Positions 59,167-64,000 of a stretch of 64,000 nt of DNA are shown here, one piece after another. Numbering within the stretch: the first letter of the stretch is position 1; each line of letters starts with the position of its first letter. Below the pieces are notes generated by a model. The model was not told where the DNA came from. It worked only from the letters and a program-made list of their open reading frames with translations, and searched no databases. This stretch comes from Gammaproteobacteria bacterium (GTDB lineage Bacteria > Pseudomonadota > Gammaproteobacteria > Eutrophobiales > Eutrophobiaceae): positions 1,376,001 to 1,440,000 of the forward strand of contig OZ244905.1 of NCBI GenBank assembly GCA_965221695.1. Direction: 5' to 3'. Both the position numbers and the translations under genes were made by a program.

Positions 59167-60564
59167 TCATTGATTGTCGTTACGCAAGAGATCGACATCC
59201 TCGGTGTCCGGCATCAGCACGAACTCTGGATAGGACTCGATTCCCAATTCTGCCGAATCCTGGCCGAGTTCCTCTACCTCGGCAGACACCCTGACTCCAA
59301 TGGTCTTTTCGATTGCGTACCAGATGATCAATGAAACCAGGAAAACATAAACACCAACGCTAAAAATGCCGGTAAGCTGCGCCTTCAGGTCTCCACCGGC
59401 GGCAATGCATACAGCGAGCGTACCCCAGATACCGGCAAACAGGTGCGCGGAGATCGCGCCGACCACATCATCCACCTTCAATCCTTCCAGCAGCTTCATT
59501 CCCAACACACAGATGACCCCGCCAACCAGGCCGATAATGATTGCCCAGGTGTGGGCGACGATATCCGGCCCGGCGGTAATCGATACGAGCCCGGCAATTG
59601 CGCCGTTCAGGCCGGCCAACAGGTCTACCCGGCCCAATAGCGGCCTTGAAACACTGAGCGCCGCAATCACGCCGGCCGCCGCCGCCAGGTTGGTGTTGAC
59701 CAGCACGTTGCTCATTGCCACTGCATCTACAGCGCCGCCCAACGCCAGTTGTGAACCGCCGTTGAACCCGAACCAGCCCAGCCACAGGATAAAAACACCC
59801 AGGGTGACGATAGGAATATTGGAAGGCGGCGTGGGCTTGACGCTGCCATCGGCGCGATATTTTCCAAGCCGCGGGCCAACTATCAGCGCACCGGCCAGCG
59901 CGGCCCAACCCCCGGTCGAATGCACAATTGTGGAACCGGCAAAGTCCTGAAAACCCATCTCGTCAAGCCAGCCTCCTCCCCAGGTCCAGGCGCCGACGAT
60001 GGGGTAGATAGCGCCGGCCAGACAAGCCGTAAACAGCAGGAATGACCACAACTTTACCCGTTCCGCCATGGTGCCGGAAACAATGGAGGCCGTGGTCGCG
60101 ACGAACACCATCTGGAAGAACCAGTCGGACATTACGGAATAGCCGTTATCGATCACCGCCGCTTTGGCGCCCTCATCGCCAGACAGCAGCGCAAGCTCCT
60201 CCGCCGACGGGCCGTAAGTGAAGCTGAACGAACCGATCCAGCCGGACACATCCGTGTACATCAGGTTGTAGCCCAGCAGGTAGTACATCAGGCCGGCGAT
60301 GGAATAGAGCCCGATGTTCTTCAGGCAGATCACCGAAGCGTTCTTGGTGCGCACCGACCCCGCTTCCAGCATGGTGAAGCCGGCGCACATCCACATTACC
60401 AGCGCGCCCCAGACCAGAAATGAAAACGTATTGAAGATGAACTGCAATTCCTGCTCTACCGCGGCAAAGGCGCAGAATGAAGCAAGCAGTAAAACAAACC
60501 CGGTCAGCAATCTTAGCGGCAGCGTCGAGCGACGGAAACACAGAATGGAATTATCGCGTTTCAT
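59167..60564 (-). CDS. amt: Ammonium transporter (Amt family)
   Basis: FFQMVF, SG.MAER, DFAGSTIVH, LWLGWFGFNGGS, DDVVGAISAH. Confidence 0.95.
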   Translation of the reverse strand: MKRDNSILCFRRSTLPLRLLTGFVLLLASFCAFAAVEQELQFIFNTFSFLVWGALVMWMCAGFTMLEAGSVRTKNASVICLKNIGLYSIAGLMYYLLGYNLMYTDVSGWIGSFSFTYGPSAEELALLSGDEGAKAAVIDNGYSVMSDWFFQMVFVATTASIVSGTMAERVKLWSFLLFTACLAGAIYPIVGAWTWGGGWLDEMGFQDFAGSTIVHSTGGWAALAGALIVGPRLGKYRADGSVKPTPPSNIPIVTLGVFILWLGWFGFNGGSQLALGGAVDAVAMSNVLVNTNLAAAAGVIAALSVSRPLLGRVDLLAGLNGAIAGLVSITAGPDIVAHTWAIIIGLVGGVICVLGMKLLEGLKVDDVVGAISAHLFAGIWGTLAVCIAAGGDLKAQLTGIFSVGVYVFLVSLIIWYAIEKTIGVRVSAEVEELGQDSAELGIESYPEFVLMPDTEDVDLLRNDNQ

Positions 60565-60594
60565 CAGAATTTCCCCCCAATGTTATTGTAGTAT

Positions 60595-60748
60595 GAGGAA
60601 CCTCTGATTAAGTCAGAGGTTCCTACGATACAAGGATGTATCGTCAATATCAATGACTGTAAGGCATTGATATTGTGAGGAAAACAAAAATCGCATTTTT
60701 GTTTTCCGTACTCTGACAAGTCCAGGATGGACTTGTTCAGAGTTTCCC
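60595..60748. mobile_element. Five-hairpin ~150 bp repeat (candidate IS5-related MITE), full copy B
   Basis: Ends GGAACCTCTGATTAAG and CTTGTTCAGAGTTTCC form an imperfect terminal inverted repeat; five stems. Confidence 0.82.
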
Positions 60749-60755
60749 AAAATAA

Positions 60756-61415
60756 CTATCCGCTCAGCATCAGATTTACGCCGTCAAGCATGAATTCGAT
60801 CAGCGGATACATAATTTTCCCAAGAATACCGGTTACGATCAGGACAACCAGGATAGGCAGGCCCCAGCGTTCCAGCAAATTATACTTGCGCGCCGCTTCA
60901 GGAGGGAGAAAAGCTGTGACAATACGGCTACCGTCCAGGGGCGGCAACGGCAAAAGGTTCAGCGCAATCAATACCACATTGATGATAACCCCGAATTTCG
61001 CCATTTCAATCAACAGGTACTCCTGGTAGGAAACAGTCTGAAGTCCCGTAAGCAGAATGGATAGCAGCAGCGTCCAGAGCAGCAACATAATGACATTGGC
61101 TCCCGGTCCAGCCGCCGCGACCAGCGCCATGTCGCGCCTCGGTTGCTTCAGGTTATGCCAGTCCACCGGGACCGGCTTGGCCCAGCCGAAGGCAAACGGC
61201 GTCAGGGCGATCATTATCAGTGGCAAGACCACAGTGCCCAGCGGATCGATGTGCTTCACCGGGTTCAGTGTCAGCCGACCGGCCAACCTGGCTGTAGGGT
61301 CGCCCAGTTTGCCCGCTACCCAGCCATGAGCAACTTCATGCACAGTGATCGCAAACACGATGGGCAGCGCGGCGATGACTATTTTTTCCAGCAGGGAAAG
61401 TTCGAACAAGGGCAT
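60756..61415 (-). CDS. Site-2 protease family (M50) metalloprotease
   Basis: HEVAH, GRLTLNP, GWAKPVP, AAAGP, NLLPLPPLDG. Confidence 0.93.
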   Translation of the reverse strand: MPLFELSLLEKIVIAALPIVFAITVHEVAHGWVAGKLGDPTARLAGRLTLNPVKHIDPLGTVVLPLIMIALTPFAFGWAKPVPVDWHNLKQPRRDMALVAAAGPGANVIMLLLWTLLLSILLTGLQTVSYQEYLLIEMAKFGVIINVVLIALNLLPLPPLDGSRIVTAFLPPEAARKYNLLERWGLPILVVLIVTGILGKIMYPLIEFMLDGVNLMLSG

Positions 61416-61420
61416 CCGGA

Positions 61421-61609
61421 TCAGTTCCGGGCCAAGAAGATCAGAAACACGATGAACAGGACTACAATGCCAACAGGGAGCAGCGCGCCGGACCAGTCCG
61501 GATTCTCCGCTTCCTTGCTTTTTTTCATCGCGGCTTTGGCGCCGGGCCAGAAAAAAAACAATACGCCCGCAGCAAGAATGCCAACCAGGATCTGCTCAAA
61601 TAGCCCCAT
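61421..61609 (-). CDS. Small two-TM hypothetical membrane protein
   Basis: 62 aa; two hydrophobic segments around a basic loop, DW..ALLP motif. Confidence 0.7.
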   Translation of the reverse strand: MGLFEQILVGILAAGVLFFFWPGAKAAMKKSKEAENPDWSGALLPVGIVVLFIVFLIFLARN

Positions 61610-61809
61610 AAGGGTTAACGCCGCTGATACGCAAATGTATCAGATACACAAGTCATAGTTGTACCGGCGCCATCGCGCCGACTTCTTCAGGCATATCTTT
61701 CCCAGCCCGATACCGGAGAACTGCATAGTCATCACGACGCAGACCCGACAATAACAGATCTTAAACTAATCCCCGCCGTAACGGGGTTTACCAAGCGAAA
61801 ATTACCTGT

Positions 61810-62019
61810 TCAGCTAATCACAACCACTTCCGTTGCATGAAATCCCTTCGGTCCTTGTTCAGCGGTATAGGAAACGCTCTGTCCTTCATTCAAAGTCTTG
61901 TAACCATCAGTTTTTATGGACGAATAATGCACAAAAATATCATCTCCACCGTCCGACGGCTCGATGAAACCAAATCCCTTGGCATTGTTGAACCATTTCA
62001 CGGTCCCCCTCATACTCAT
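61810..62019 (-). CDS. Cold-shock domain protein (CspD-like)
   Basis: [33 protein letters not shown]. Confidence 0.93.
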   Translation of the reverse strand: MSMRGTVKWFNNAKGFGFIEPSDGGDDIFVHYSSIKTDGYKTLNEGQSVSYTAEQGPKGFHATEVVVIS

Positions 62020-62223
62020 ACTGCTCTCCCCCTGAATAATTAAATTTCAGATTACTGGTTTCTGCTATCCTGGTGTGCGGCAGAGCAAAATTTGTCCCTG
62101 CCCGAAACCATGACAGCACATGGACAATAATAATCAATTTTTTCCCGTTTGCCAACAGTTTATTCAACAAATGTTTATTAGGAAAAAATAAACTGTCCGC
62201 TTTTGTCTTTACACCGAACTACG

Positions 62224-63015
62224 TCAAGAAGAGCGGGTTTTGGATGTTTTATCGGGACTTGAATCGCCAGACTGAGAGTTTTTGTCCACACTGACGCGCT
62301 TGTTCCGGTGGCGACGAATCAGCGCGAGGGTCATCAAGGGCCCTGACGCGGCATAAATCAGCGCCAGCAAAAACAGGACGACTGAAGGTCTGACCGCAAC
62401 GAACGCGATGATCAGGACAATGAAGAGGATGCTGAAAAACGGCACTTTGCCGCGCAGGTCGATTTGTTTGAAGCTGTGATAGCGAATGTTGCTCACCATC
62501 AACAGGCCGACGAGGATTGTCAAGACAAACGCAAACAAGGTTATGGCCGACTCGTCCAACGGTTGGCCGACAACGCTGAACCAGACCAGGCCGGCGATGA
62601 CGGCCGCCGCAGCCGGACAAGGCAACCCCTGAAAATATCGCTTGTCGGCGCTACCAGCCTGGGTATTAAACCTGGCTAGGCGCAGCGCCGCCGCCGCCGC
62701 GAAAATAAATGCGGCCAACCAGCCCAGTTTGCCCAGGCCCTGCAACGACCATTGATATACCACCAAGGCAGGAGCGAGTCCGAACGAAACCATGTCCGAG
62801 AGGCTGTCATACTGAACGCCGAAATCGCTTTCCGTCCTGGTGATCCTGGCAATGCGACCATCCATACCGTCCAGGATCATTGCCACGAACACGGCAATGG
62901 CGGCGGTTTCGTAGCGCGCGCCGATCGCGGCAACGATCGCGTAGAATCCGGCAAACAGCGCCGAGGTCGTGAACAGATTGGGCAGGAGGTAAATGCCCCT
63001 GCGGCGCTCGATCAT
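62224..63015 (-). CDS. pssA: CDP-diacylglycerol--serine O-phosphatidyltransferase
   Basis: YLLPNLFT, DGMDGRIAR, DSLSDMVSFGLAP, RLARFN. Confidence 0.95.
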   Translation of the reverse strand: MIERRRGIYLLPNLFTTSALFAGFYAIVAAIGARYETAAIAVFVAMILDGMDGRIARITRTESDFGVQYDSLSDMVSFGLAPALVVYQWSLQGLGKLGWLAAFIFAAAAALRLARFNTQAGSADKRYFQGLPCPAAAAVIAGLVWFSVVGQPLDESAITLFAFVLTILVGLLMVSNIRYHSFKQIDLRGKVPFFSILFIVLIIAFVAVRPSVVLFLLALIYAASGPLMTLALIRRHRNKRVSVDKNSQSGDSSPDKTSKTRSS

Positions 63016-63022
63016 AGCGGGT

Positions 63023-64000
<978 letters not shown>

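Noticed and set aside
59167-60564. amt lacking an adjacent glnK as a novelty
   Set aside because: Stand-alone amt paralogs are common in marine proteobacteria.
61610-61809. Possible ncRNA or tRNA in the intergenic gap (also 40227-40548 and 62020-62223)
   Set aside because: Only short weak stems; no tRNA cloverleaf, T-loop or known RNA motif recognised.

Overview
Gene-dense bacterial chromosome segment; gene order and protein types point to a Gammaproteobacterium. Core blocks: DUF4390-ntrY-ntrX-trkA//trkH; pyrD; a polyamine-type ABC transporter; gpsA-secB-rhodanese//gpmI-envC-ctpA; hslV-hslU-DUF971-ubiE-ubiJ-ubiB; lrp/ald; phbB; amt; pssA-ilvC. Accessory content: (1) a 9.7 kb catabolic island between trkA and trkH (stand-alone lipoyl domain, fused E1 alpha/beta ThDP enzyme with no E2/E3, IclR regulator, TonB receptor, atypical hydrolase, double DUF1330, amidohydrolase, CoA ligase); (2) scattered methylotrophy-associated genes (mxaD-like plus YVTN propeller; orfY- and orf5-like ATP-grasp ligases); (3) two toxin-antitoxin loci; (4) a TonB receptor-amidase-MFS unit; (5) two tiny membrane-peptide ORFs missing from the ORF track. 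The strongest non-coding signal is a ~150 bp element of five adjacent hairpins, with two full copies differing by a compensatory base-pair change in every stem, IS5-like ends, and decayed copies just upstream of several start codons. A ~90 bp three-hairpin repeat and a ~290 bp mirrored repeat array are also present. No rRNA, tRNA, CRISPR array or transposase was recognised. All calls come from reading motifs by eye, with no database searches.
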